From a virus, in the IMG/VR virus record IMGVR_UViG_3300033489_000004, positions 1 to 64,000 of that record: 64,000 nt of DNA. One strand, written 5' to 3'. The first letter of the stretch is position 1; each line of letters starts with the position of its first letter. The notes under the pieces are model-generated. The model was not told the DNA's origin. It did not search any database and saw nothing but the letters and a program-made list of their open reading frames with translations. Shown in pieces: positions 9,769 to 18,540 of this stretch. Both the position numbers and the translations under genes were made by a program.

Positions 9769-11013
9769 TTAATCTTCGTCTTTAATCTGAAGCATGTTTC
9801 TAACTAAATCAGCGTCCTTACTAGTCCCATGCTCATCGTCTGGTGTTTCCAAATCTAGCTTATTATGACTAGACTTCTCAACTTTCTTAGTAAACATAGC
9901 TTTTACGCCAGCATACTTCTCATCATCAAGAATATCCTCTCTAAGTTTTTCAGCTACTTCTGCAGTTACCGAGTCATTAAGCTTTTTAAGCTCTTCAACT
10001 CTACCATCAAACTTAGCCGTCTCCACCTCAGCCTTCTCCTGCTCATAAAGATCTACTTTCTTCTGAAGATCCTCCTTCTCAGCTTTAAGAGACTCAATAT
10101 CATCATTAACTTGAGAAATCTCTCCATCTTTTGTCTCTATCTCTGCTTTAAAGTCTTCAATTGACTTTTCCAAATCAACTTTTTCAGACGTAGCTGTCTC
10201 AAGATCAGACTCCAAAGAAGTATACTCCTTGCGTACAGAATCCTCCTTAGCAGCAACAAGCTCGTCCAGTTGTACCTTACTATAAGTTACCTCATTTTTT
10301 TCACCCATGTTTTCTGTATCCTCCTTTCCATTGTCCTCATTTTCATTTACAGAGGCTATTTCATGAACCCAAGCCTCACTATCTGCTGGCTTATGTCTTC
10401 CTCTGGCGGGGATAATACCTACCCCACAAAATTCCGGGTCTAAAATCCATCTAGTGACATCTGACATTCTTCTTGCTTTCAGATGCTCACAATAATGACC
10501 ATATGGATCTTCCGCATTTTCAGATTGTCTTGGAAATATTTTTTCACACTGACTACACATAACCCGCTGACCCATAGTTTCCATCGACAATCCTAATTGA
10601 CCTTTGTCAAAGTAATCAATTATTGAATTAGCGTACTTAATATCATGTGCTGTAGAGCACCAAATTACTCCAGTTATCTCTACATATACTTCATCACCTT
10701 CCTCTTTTAATTGACTATCAACAATAAAACCAATCTTCTCATCTTCATTGTGTAGCCAATTAACTGGTTTAAATATTGCATATTCGTACATTTTTTCTAG
10801 GTCCTCTAGTTTAAAGCCATCCCCATTGCCATTTCTAGCGTCCGCTGTGCAATATCTTCCACTAAGCCATAGTAAATCTTCGTCATTTTTAGACTTAGTA
10901 ATCGCGGATACAAACTCCTCAGCTTTCTCTGAAAGAATAGGTCTTTTTTTAAGAATAGTTGTTTCTGCTATAATATATAGTTTATCGCTGTCACTGACCA
11001 ACCAATTACCCAT
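9769..11013 (-). CDS. prohead protease-scaffold fusion
   Basis: RNGNGDGF, PVNWLH, LGLSME protease-like motifs followed by acidic coiled coil. Confidence 0.75.
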   Translation of the reverse strand: MGNWLVSDSDKLYIIAETTILKKRPILSEKAEEFVSAITKSKNDEDLLWLSGRYCTADARNGNGDGFKLEDLEKMYEYAIFKPVNWLHNEDEKIGFIVDSQLKEEGDEVYVEITGVIWCSTAHDIKYANSIIDYFDKGQLGLSMETMGQRVMCSQCEKIFPRQSENAEDPYGHYCEHLKARRMSDVTRWILDPEFCGVGIIPARGRHKPADSEAWVHEIASVNENEDNGKEDTENMGEKNEVTYSKVQLDELVAAKEDSVRKEYTSLESDLETATSEKVDLEKSIEDFKAEIETKDGEISQVNDDIESLKAEKEDLQKKVDLYEQEKAEVETAKFDGRVEELKKLNDSVTAEVAEKLREDILDDEKYAGVKAMFTKKVEKSSHNKLDLETPDDEHGTSKDADLVRNMLQIKDED

Positions 11014-11795
11014 TAACCTTCCTTTCCTCTTTTCCAGGGTGGGTTTTTGTCCATATCTTCTATATGCTTAGAAGCCAACCTTTTCATTCTTCCCCAAACT
11101 TTATTCCTATTACTTCCAGAATACCTCCCATAGTTCCTTGGCATCCCAAAATATCTTACCGCTGCTTTGGCCTTAGCCTCATCATCTATAGGATAATTAT
11201 AGTTAACTGGATCAGCAAACTTTCCATCTGGTACAGAAGCATACTGGCTTGGTTTTGTTACATGACCACCTTCAAGAATAGAAATTCCATACTTTTTACT
11301 TCTTGCTTGCTGTGCTTTATTTTCATCATCTGTAGCTACTGCAGTAATGGAATGAGAAATAAAATTACCTGGGTAAAATTCAGAAGCTATCGGCATAACA
11401 GAAGTTTTGCTGGTTACTTCTTCATTGGATAAGGTAATTATAATCTCATTTCCCGCTTTAGATAAAAAGGTTGGGGGCTCAGAATCAAAACGAAGATACA
11501 AACTACCCTCATCCCCACTAAGATCAACAGTATATTGGGTATTTCCGTCCGAATCTTCATAGCAGGAAAACCCTCTAACCTTAAACTGTAATATTTCTAA
11601 CTCTGCTTTCAATGTCCATTTACCCCCTTTCTTGGCATACTTGTTCTTGACTGCCCCCCAGCCAGCCATTCTTGCTTTATTCTCATCTTTAGTATCACTA
11701 TAGACTTTATTAAAAACCCCAATAAAAAGTTTTTGTGCTCCTGCAGGCAAATTCTTAACTGTACTTGGTATATTTTTAGGATAACTATATGGCAT
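11013..11795 (-). CDS. ChaB-domain plus DUF6582-like protein
   Basis: N-term IPSTVKNLPAGAQKLFIGVFN..ARMAGWGAVKNKY.K.GGKW (ChaB); C-term FADPVNYNYPIDD..AKAAVRYF. Confidence 0.75.
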   Translation of the reverse strand: MPYSYPKNIPSTVKNLPAGAQKLFIGVFNKVYSDTKDENKARMAGWGAVKNKYAKKGGKWTLKAELEILQFKVRGFSCYEDSDGNTQYTVDLSGDEGSLYLRFDSEPPTFLSKAGNEIIITLSNEEVTSKTSVMPIASEFYPGNFISHSITAVATDDENKAQQARSKKYGISILEGGHVTKPSQYASVPDGKFADPVNYNYPIDDEAKAKAAVRYFGMPRNYGRYSGSNRNKVWGRMKRLASKHIEDMDKNPPWKRGKEG

Positions 11796-11805
11796 AAAAT
11801 CCTCC

Positions 11806-12186
11806 TTACAAAATATTGGCTATTGCCTTAGGTACATAGGTTAAAGCAATTGGATATATGATTAACAAAAATATTGTCAATCCTATAGCAAATAACTTTA
11901 ACTTAAAATTCCAATCTTTGTCATTATCTTTATAGTCCTTTAACTCCTGAGCATTTTCGTCGGTTTTACAATTTACTAGTCGCATAGTTTCATTTATTTG
12001 TCCCACTAAAGCATTAGTGTTTTCGTTCATCTGTTGAATTAGCTTGTCAGTATGCTTTTCGGAAGTACTAGTTATACTTCCAATATGCTCCAGTAATTCT
12101 AACCTAAACTTACACATATTATCATAAAACTCTTTTTGAGTTACTCTTGTACCATCTTTTGGTTCAAAACAAGATGCATCTGACAT
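11806..12186 (-). CDS. membrane-anchored coiled-coil protein (possible holin-like)
   Basis: C-terminal hydrophobic helix LFAIGLTIFLLIIYPIALTYV. Confidence 0.45.
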   Translation of the reverse strand: MSDASCFEPKDGTRVTQKEFYDNMCKFRLELLEHIGSITSTSEKHTDKLIQQMNENTNALVGQINETMRLVNCKTDENAQELKDYKDNDKDWNFKLKLFAIGLTIFLLIIYPIALTYVPKAIANIL

Positions 12187-13868
12187 TACTTATCCTCTTT
12201 TTGTTTTTTCATTTTCTTTTCATATTTTTTGGCCGTTTCTTTTACTATTTCATCCAACACGGGATCTTCTTCTGCTTCTTCTTTAAAGTATCCCCCTAGT
12301 TTATCTTTTATCACATCATGGACTTCTTTTTTTCTAACCTCTGAATTAACTGCACTAATATAGTCATCAACAGACATATCTACAAGTTCCGCACTAGATT
12401 TAATCCCCCCGGTTTGTGGGCGACTAAACGGAAGCTGCGGTATATCCCAAATACCCTCCTCAGTATCCTTCTTTTCGGATTTCTTTAGTTCTTTTTCCTC
12501 CTCATAGTCTAGTCCCATAATTTCCATTGTAGTTCTCTTAGAAGGAAGACCTCTATCATAAAATAGTCCAACAAAAGCTTTCAAAAGATCATCAGTAGCC
12601 AAGCCGATTCTATTAGGCTTTATACTTGCAGATACTGGAAGACTATTTTCTTCTGCTATTTTTTCGTAAAGATTTTTTTCAAAAAAAGTAATAATATCTC
12701 GTCTATCAGCTATAATAACCTCACAAAATATCTTAACAAGTTTATCAATATCTCTTCTGCCTCTAGATAGAGTATTTTTAAATTCAAAACCAAGACCCTC
12801 ACGAATGTTGTCATTACATATCTGATACTTTTCTGTGTCCAAAAGAGCATCTGCATCAGGAGAGATTACTTCAACATTTAGTCTATGGTTCCAAACCAAT
12901 GTACAAGTTCTAGAAGGATTGGCTATCAAATTTTTAAGTCTTGTTACCTCATTTTTACCTTTTTGTCCGTCAGCGGGATGCTGATCCGTGCCTATTTTAA
13001 ACAAGTAAATCATATTAATAATACCATCAATAACAGCCATATCTGCTTCCATCAATTTCTTTTTGCGTTGAATCCAATCAAAACAGTTAGCCATTGGTGG
13101 TATAGCATATCTTTGGTAGTCTTGTCCCCTAAATTTAAAATGTGCAGAGACTTCAGGATTCAGTTTTAATACCCTATCACCATAATCAAGGGCGTTATCC
13201 TTTCGATAATTATACTTATTCTCCGGTTCCCACGTTCCTTCAAACGGGGGTTTTATCCAACCGGCATTTGCTTCTTTTAGGTTTTCCTCCGTATAATCAT
13301 GCATTGTCTTAGAGGAAATTCGCATACCTAGTTGTTTGTTGTACTTTAGTGTTGACCCCAAAACCCTACCATAACGAGGATCAATAAGAGACATTCCCGT
13401 AGGAAGTTTCATAAGTTTTTTAGATTTGGCCCCCCAAGGAACCTCTACCTCTTCCCAAAAGAAAATAGGGTACATGTTAGAATATATTAAAGCTCCAAGA
13501 TAAAACATACGAAGATTAGTTAATAAATTAAGCTTACTTGCGATATAGTCATAAAAATTCTTTACTATATTTGAACTGTCTCCTTTAGTTTTATGTTCAA
13601 GAGAATTAAATGCCATAGATATTTGGCTAGTAAAGCAATTCTGTACAACATTATCTGTAGTATAATAAGATCCAGCCAACTTCATCTTATCAAAAATACT
13701 AAGATCTTCAGCTCTCTGATACTCAGTAGGGTTAAAAGCATTTACTGTTTGAACTGTAGAAAGAGACATATCTTCTACAAATCCGCCCTCTACTTTTTCC
13801 CAGTCAGTTCTATCATCAACTGTCGGAATATCCGCAGATACTTTCTTTCTACTCTTTTTCTTCGCCAT
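12186..13868 (-). CDS. portal protein
   Basis: 560 aa between terminase and protease; RYAIPPM..EADMAVIDGIINMIYLFKIGTDQHPA motif of portal family. Confidence 0.75.
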   Translation of the reverse strand: MAKKKSRKKVSADIPTVDDRTDWEKVEGGFVEDMSLSTVQTVNAFNPTEYQRAEDLSIFDKMKLAGSYYTTDNVVQNCFTSQISMAFNSLEHKTKGDSSNIVKNFYDYIASKLNLLTNLRMFYLGALIYSNMYPIFFWEEVEVPWGAKSKKLMKLPTGMSLIDPRYGRVLGSTLKYNKQLGMRISSKTMHDYTEENLKEANAGWIKPPFEGTWEPENKYNYRKDNALDYGDRVLKLNPEVSAHFKFRGQDYQRYAIPPMANCFDWIQRKKKLMEADMAVIDGIINMIYLFKIGTDQHPADGQKGKNEVTRLKNLIANPSRTCTLVWNHRLNVEVISPDADALLDTEKYQICNDNIREGLGFEFKNTLSRGRRDIDKLVKIFCEVIIADRRDIITFFEKNLYEKIAEENSLPVSASIKPNRIGLATDDLLKAFVGLFYDRGLPSKRTTMEIMGLDYEEEKELKKSEKKDTEEGIWDIPQLPFSRPQTGGIKSSAELVDMSVDDYISAVNSEVRKKEVHDVIKDKLGGYFKEEAEEDPVLDEIVKETAKKYEKKMKKQKEDK

Positions 13869-14391
13869 TATACCTCACTCTATCCAATAGATATCCTAAT
13901 ACTTCCATAGGAATAACTACCAAATCTGGAAGTCTATTTATCCTCATGTCATTTCTTATTAGCCGCTGCTCTACTTCAGATAACTGCTCAATTGACCTAT
14001 TCTTAGGATTAAATATTCCCTTTAAGTCTTTTATTTTTATTTCCTGAGTTACATCTAGTCTTAAAAGAGGAAACTTATTAAAATCCTTTCCTCTTTGCAT
14101 AATCTTTAAAATATACTTTGTTAACCATTTAGGTAGTTTTTCTAGCTGTTTGTTTTCTCCTACCCAATTTAGAGAAACTACATCCATCTCTAATCCACAA
14201 ATGTGTCCCACCCTTCCACGCTTGCTTAAAGCGGGGGCAAACTTAGGGTCTGGGTCGTCGTGCTCTAATAGAAAATCCCCCGCCTGTCTTTCGCTTTCTT
14301 TCCAGTAATTTCTTTTAGTTGAAGAGGCATATTTTTTATGGGTTTTTTTAGAAACCCTTAATTTTTTGCTTGGTTTTGGCAAACTAGTCAT
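13849..14391 (-). CDS. PD-(D/E)xK nuclease, Holliday-resolvase-like
   Basis: WKESERQAGDFL..MDVVS..GENK motif. Confidence 0.55.
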   Translation of the reverse strand: MTSLPKPSKKLRVSKKTHKKYASSTKRNYWKESERQAGDFLLEHDDPDPKFAPALSKRGRVGHICGLEMDVVSLNWVGENKQLEKLPKWLTKYILKIMQRGKDFNKFPLLRLDVTQEIKIKDLKGIFNPKNRSIEQLSEVEQRLIRNDMRINRLPDLVVIPMEVLGYLLDRVRYNGEEKE

Positions 14392-14593
14392 TAATATCCC
14401 CCAAGTATTCCCCTATCTCTTCTTGGAAATCTAATTTATCCTTGTTCCTGTTATACCTAACCCTATCCTTAATATTAGTCAGGTTTTTTCCCTGCCAAGT
14501 TCTTCTAAGTTTTAATTCTCTTGTTTTTTCTTTATTAATTAAATGCTCCTGGTACTCCTCCACCATCAGACTCAACCCATCCTCCTTCTTCAT
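14384..14593 (-). CDS. hypothetical protein
   Basis: ORF track, overlapping start/stop junctions. Confidence 0.45.
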   Translation of the reverse strand: MKKEDGLSLMVEEYQEHLINKEKTRELKLRRTWQGKNLTNIKDRVRYNRNKDKLDFQEEIGEYLGDIND

Positions 14594-16106
14594 AATAGAA
14601 ATCTTCCTGTTCTAGTTTTCCAAGTCTATAATCCTCTCTTTGTAAAGCCATCATAGCTGCTGCGTACAATGTATGAGTTTTATAATTTGCATCCTTAACA
14701 ATATCAAACTTATTATTGCTAAGAGGTTTCATTTTCAGTCCCATCCAATCAGCAAGAATATCTACATCATAGGGGATTAAAAATTCTCTATGATCACACA
14801 TATTCTGAAGTATTTCTACAGATAGTTGCTTTATTGGTATATTTATTGGCTTATCATTAACATCTTTTGTTATTTCTTTTACTGACTTAAAGTTATAACC
14901 GGATAAAATAATATTACCTAAATTTTTATTATTTAATTTTTCCCAAATTGACCCTCCTCGTGCTGTTGCGTCACATGCCACACCAACAACATTATAAAAC
15001 TTACAAATAAACTCCACTATATCCGCTTGATCATCGTCAGTCACTCTTTCACAATGTACTCTACAGATTAGCTTGGTTCTATTTTTATTTGATTCTTCCG
15101 CCCAAATAAGAATTTCTGTGGGGTCAGCCCCATGATGACCAAAATCAACCCCTACCCAAACTCTCTTATACTTTAAGTGTATCTCTGGAAATCTAAGATA
15201 ATGACTAAAAGGCATATTTCTATTAATATCTTCATTTATTATTTGAATCTTACGATAATCTGCTGTATATTTAGGATCGTCTTTATCATAAGTACCATCT
15301 AGCCTTATTTTACCGTGATCTATACAAAAATCAAGTTTAGAAGGTAAGAAAAGAAGGTATTCAGCCGCTCCCGGCTCTGCTAAAATGTTTCTGATATATC
15401 CCGGAGCATTTCTACTTCCATAAAAAGCAATTTTTTCTCTTCTTTCTTTATCCCCCCAAGTATGCTTATACATAGCAGGGAAAGTTACCTTAGAAAACTC
15501 TGGACTTCTTGTAAAATTAAAAAACTCATTTCTTACTCCGTTTGGTACTCCCCAAGCCCTAATTTGCTTATCTTTAACTTCGTTAAGACATTCCCTTAAA
15601 TTGGCCCACCCCTCAGAAACGTAATCTTGACTTTCATCTGTTTCGATTGAATCTACATGAGAACCTTTACACCCATTACCTTTGGTTCCAGGTATTTTTC
15701 CTTCAATATAGGCTTTGTTAAAAAATTTTATTAAATAACAAGGCTTCCTTTTAATACTTTTGACAAGCTTTCTAGTAAATTTAATATCCATTATCTTATC
15801 AATTATTAGTTCCATCAAAGGATTAAGATGAACTTCCTGTGGTGCAGTTATTAACTTACCTTTTCCTGGCTTTCTAAAAAGCCACGTAAAACAAGACCTT
15901 TTAATTTTCTCTGTTTTTCCCACTGATCGACAACAACTAGCAACAGCCTGTGAAACATTATCATTATCATCAAAATAATATTGATAGTCATAAACTCGAT
16001 AAGGATTAACCCCATCTGGCTGTTTCCAAAGAAATTGAGGGGCATGAATATCACTAGTTAGTATTCTTAGTAGTGCTTTTTCACCTTTTGTTAGTGGCTG
16101 AAGCAT
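14535..16106 (-). CDS. terminase large subunit
   Basis: Walker A-like CRSVGKT, Walker B IETDE, GVPNG coupling motif, RNase H GVDFG and DATARG. Confidence 0.85.
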   Translation of the reverse strand: MLQPLTKGEKALLRILTSDIHAPQFLWKQPDGVNPYRVYDYQYYFDDNDNVSQAVASCCRSVGKTEKIKRSCFTWLFRKPGKGKLITAPQEVHLNPLMELIIDKIMDIKFTRKLVKSIKRKPCYLIKFFNKAYIEGKIPGTKGNGCKGSHVDSIETDESQDYVSEGWANLRECLNEVKDKQIRAWGVPNGVRNEFFNFTRSPEFSKVTFPAMYKHTWGDKERREKIAFYGSRNAPGYIRNILAEPGAAEYLLFLPSKLDFCIDHGKIRLDGTYDKDDPKYTADYRKIQIINEDINRNMPFSHYLRFPEIHLKYKRVWVGVDFGHHGADPTEILIWAEESNKNRTKLICRVHCERVTDDDQADIVEFICKFYNVVGVACDATARGGSIWEKLNNKNLGNIILSGYNFKSVKEITKDVNDKPINIPIKQLSVEILQNMCDHREFLIPYDVDILADWMGLKMKPLSNNKFDIVKDANYKTHTLYAAAMMALQREDYRLGKLEQEDFYYEEGGWVESDGGGVPGAFN

Positions 16107-16702
16107 TATTTATTCCCTTCTAACCACCAAGACTTTTGTTCTTCTAGAAGAGGTTTATCTATCTCTTCAAATTCTGCTATCAATTTTTCAAAGAGCACGA
16201 AAATATCCTCATCATTCGTAATATGCATTTTAAAACGTTCTTCTTGATCACAAACTTTTCTTAATCTTAAAATGGTTTTCATTTTTTTCATGTTTGAAAT
16301 AGATTTATCTGCCATTCTATCTATTGTCTCATTGTAAAGAAGTGCTCTAGTTTGTATTTCTTTTAAAAATTCAGCTATAGATTCTTTACCGGCATCTCTG
16401 TACTTTTTAGTAAGTCTTAACTGATCAGCACATTTGTTTATCTCAGCTGTGTTTTCCTTCACCATCTTGTTTACCTCTTTAATCTCCAGTATTTCATCAT
16501 CTTCCATATCAGAAAGCATATTCATATAACGAAAATTTAGAGTTTGAAGAAAAATCATCTGAGTTAAAATATCCGCATCAGTTGGATGCTCAGATTGAAA
16601 TTCTGAGTATTCACTAACCCTAGCATTAAAAAAGTCTACTTCCTCTTTGTCCCTTAAAGCCACAAAATTGCCATTTGGAGCTTTTACCCTTTTTCCTGCC
16701 AT
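16106..16702 (-). CDS. putative terminase small subunit
   Basis: Helical 198 aa immediately upstream of TerL with TAATG coupling. Confidence 0.55.
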   Translation of the reverse strand: MAGKRVKAPNGNFVALRDKEEVDFFNARVSEYSEFQSEHPTDADILTQMIFLQTLNFRYMNMLSDMEDDEILEIKEVNKMVKENTAEINKCADQLRLTKKYRDAGKESIAEFLKEIQTRALLYNETIDRMADKSISNMKKMKTILRLRKVCDQEERFKMHITNDEDIFVLFEKLIAEFEEIDKPLLEEQKSWWLEGNK

Positions 16703-16949
16703 AATAAAATTATCCTTTTCTCAGCATAAAAACTATCCTGGCCCCCTTTTTTCCCCACCGCTTGACTTTCCCCAAAGCCACCTACCTAGAGGCCAGGAAA
16801 ACCTTTTACTAATCATTTGACATACTTCAACAATTGGTTTACATTGCTAGAAATATTTTTTATTTGATAACAAATCTCCTATATACTATAATTTTTTGTC
16901 CTTCTATTCAAGTATAACATACCTATCTTCTTTATGTCGGAGTTTTTGC

Positions 16950-16978
16950 TTGACAACATTAATGATAAATGCTAAAAT
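16950..16978 (+). promoter_or_regulatory. sigma70/sigmaA promoter
   Basis: TTGACA-N17-TAAAAT with TG extension. Confidence 0.75.
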
Positions 16979-17464
16979 AGCAAAAGACTAAAAATATAGG
17001 GGTATATAACCTGGGGTTTAGGCTGAAGTCACAGTTCAGCACTTATTTTTGTAAATTTGCCATTACACCTGCATAGTAACATAAAACTTTAGCATTAACC
17101 AGGAGTTTAAAGTTTACCTAGAAATCAACAGGGATTTTAAGTTTAGCTACTGTTCAGATACCCCCAGGGGGTATGCTAGTTTTCTAGTTTTTTGATTTTT
17201 GCAAATTTTACTTTTTTATAGTTTACCTATTTTTACCTGGTGCTTTGTTTAATTTTTGTTGAAATTTTGCTGTTTGAAATCATAGTATATAAAATATACT
17301 AGAATAAAAGCTTACTAAAAGCTTTTATAGTTTATTGCTCTATAAGAGCAATATTATTAGTTTAAGAGTATATTTTTATTTATATATAATATATAAGAAA
17401 ATCGAATTATGTTTCTCAAACAATGACAAAAATAAAATGAATGCAACAAAACCTAAAACTAGGC

Positions 17465-17482
17465 TTGTGAAATTTTTCACAA
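17465..17482. promoter_or_regulatory. Palindromic Rex-type (also CRP-core) operator
   Basis: TTGTGAA-ATTT-TTCACAA, 8 bp upstream of a -35 element. Confidence 0.6.
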
Positions 17483-17490
17483 AATTATGC

Positions 17491-17519
17491 TTGACTTAAA
17501 AAACTATTTGTGTTATTTT
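17491..17519 (+). promoter_or_regulatory. sigma70/sigmaA promoter
   Basis: TTGACT-N17-TATTTT with TG extension. Confidence 0.6.
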
Positions 17520-17539
17520 AGTAAATGGAGGTGATAAAA

Positions 17540-17735
17540 ATGTTAATGCAGGAAAATTTAAAAAATTTAAAAAATCACTGCAAATTTAGCTTCTAAAGTA
17601 AATGGTCATCTTATTGAAGTTGGAGAAGACTATATTGTTATTGACCCAAGAAATTTAGAAGAAATAAAAGAAGTAATTGTTGGTAATAGTATGGCAGTAT
17701 GGGTGAGTAAAAAAGCTCTAACAGTTGACAAATAA
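17540..17735 (+). pseudogene. small frameshifted ORF (possible Sm-like/DUF2642-like fold)
   Basis: Strong RBS GGAGGTG plus ATG at 17540; frame breaks in A-run at ~17570; +1 frame reads ITANLASKVNGHLIEVGEDYIVIDP... Confidence 0.4.
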
Positions 17736-17753
17736 TTTTTGTTGTGTTATGAT
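17725..17753 (+). promoter_or_regulatory. sigma70/sigmaA promoter
   Basis: TTGACA-N17-TATGAT with TG extension. Confidence 0.75.
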
Positions 17754-17837
17754 TAATCATGAGAGGAAAGTTGGCAAAATAATGGGTGTCCCTAGAGGCA
17801 GAAAGCGAAAAGCTCTGCAAGTCTAGGTGGAACCAAC

Positions 17838-17918
17838 GGGGGTGTAGTGAAAAGGATTCACACTGGAGATATCTTAAAACAGAAACCAGAGGAGCAGGTT
17901 CAAGTCTTGTCACCCCAA
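17838..17918 (+). ncRNA. tRNA-like RNA with expanded (19-nt) anticodon loop
   Basis: Acceptor GGGGTG/CACCCC, D-arm GTGA/TCAC, stem CTGG/CCAG, T-arm GCAGG-TTCAAGT-CTTGT. Confidence 0.65.
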
Positions 17919-17960
17919 CTAACATGAAGCATATGGTATAATAGAGATAGAGGAGAAAAA

Positions 17961-18422
17961 ATGATTGATGTACCCGGGGAGTTTTTTATACAGCATAGGA
18001 AACTAAAAATTAAGAGATTAGACAATAATCTTCCTTTACCAAAAAAGGTATACCCTACAGATGCAGGTATTGATTTATATAGTGCAGTTAATCGGCATAT
18101 CTGTAAGGGGTTAATAGAAAAAATTTCTACGGGGATTTGTATTGAGTTGCCCGTTGGTTACTATGCTGAAGTAGTTCCTAGATCTGGTTTGGCTTCTGAA
18201 TATGGGATAACGTTAGTAAATTCCCCTGCGATAATTGACAACCATTTTCGGGGAGAAATAGTTCTTGTAGTAGTTGGCCTTATTGGGTGCTATGATATTA
18301 AAAGAGGAGATAGAATAGCCCAGCTAATAATTAGAAAGCAATATGACTTTGAAATACGGGAAGTGGACGAGCTAACAGCAACAGATAGAGGAAATAAGGG
18401 ATTAGGGAGTACTGGTGTATAA
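17961..18422 (+). CDS. dut: trimeric dUTPase
   Basis: DAGIDL, PRSGLA, IIDNHFRGEI, GDRIAQL, RGNKGLGSTG motifs. Confidence 0.95.
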   Translation: MIDVPGEFFIQHRKLKIKRLDNNLPLPKKVYPTDAGIDLYSAVNRHICKGLIEKISTGICIELPVGYYAEVVPRSGLASEYGITLVNSPAIIDNHFRGEIVLVVVGLIGCYDIKRGDRIAQLIIRKQYDFEIREVDELTATDRGNKGLGSTGV

Positions 18423-18438
18423 ATTTAAAGGTGGGGGG

Positions 18439-18537
18439 GCCAGTTCATATAAGGATATTGATGAAGTTATGGAAGCTCAAAAAGATCTTGTTAAGATAGA
18501 AGTAAAACTAACTCCACTAGCTGTAGTGAAAGGATAA
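18439..18537 (+). pseudogene. rtcB: C-terminal remnant of RtcB RNA ligase
   Basis: Frame reads ASSYKDIDEVMEAQKDLVKIEVKLTPLAVVKG*, matching the RtcB C-terminus (AYKDIxxVM...L.PL..iKG*); rest of gene absent. Confidence 0.75.
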
Positions 18538-18540
18538 ATA

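Noticed and set aside
17761-17830. c-di-GMP-I riboswitch or RNase P similarity (GGCAGAAAGCGAAAGC; GAGGAAAGT)
   Set aside because: Only fragments match; required second stem and conserved elements are absent
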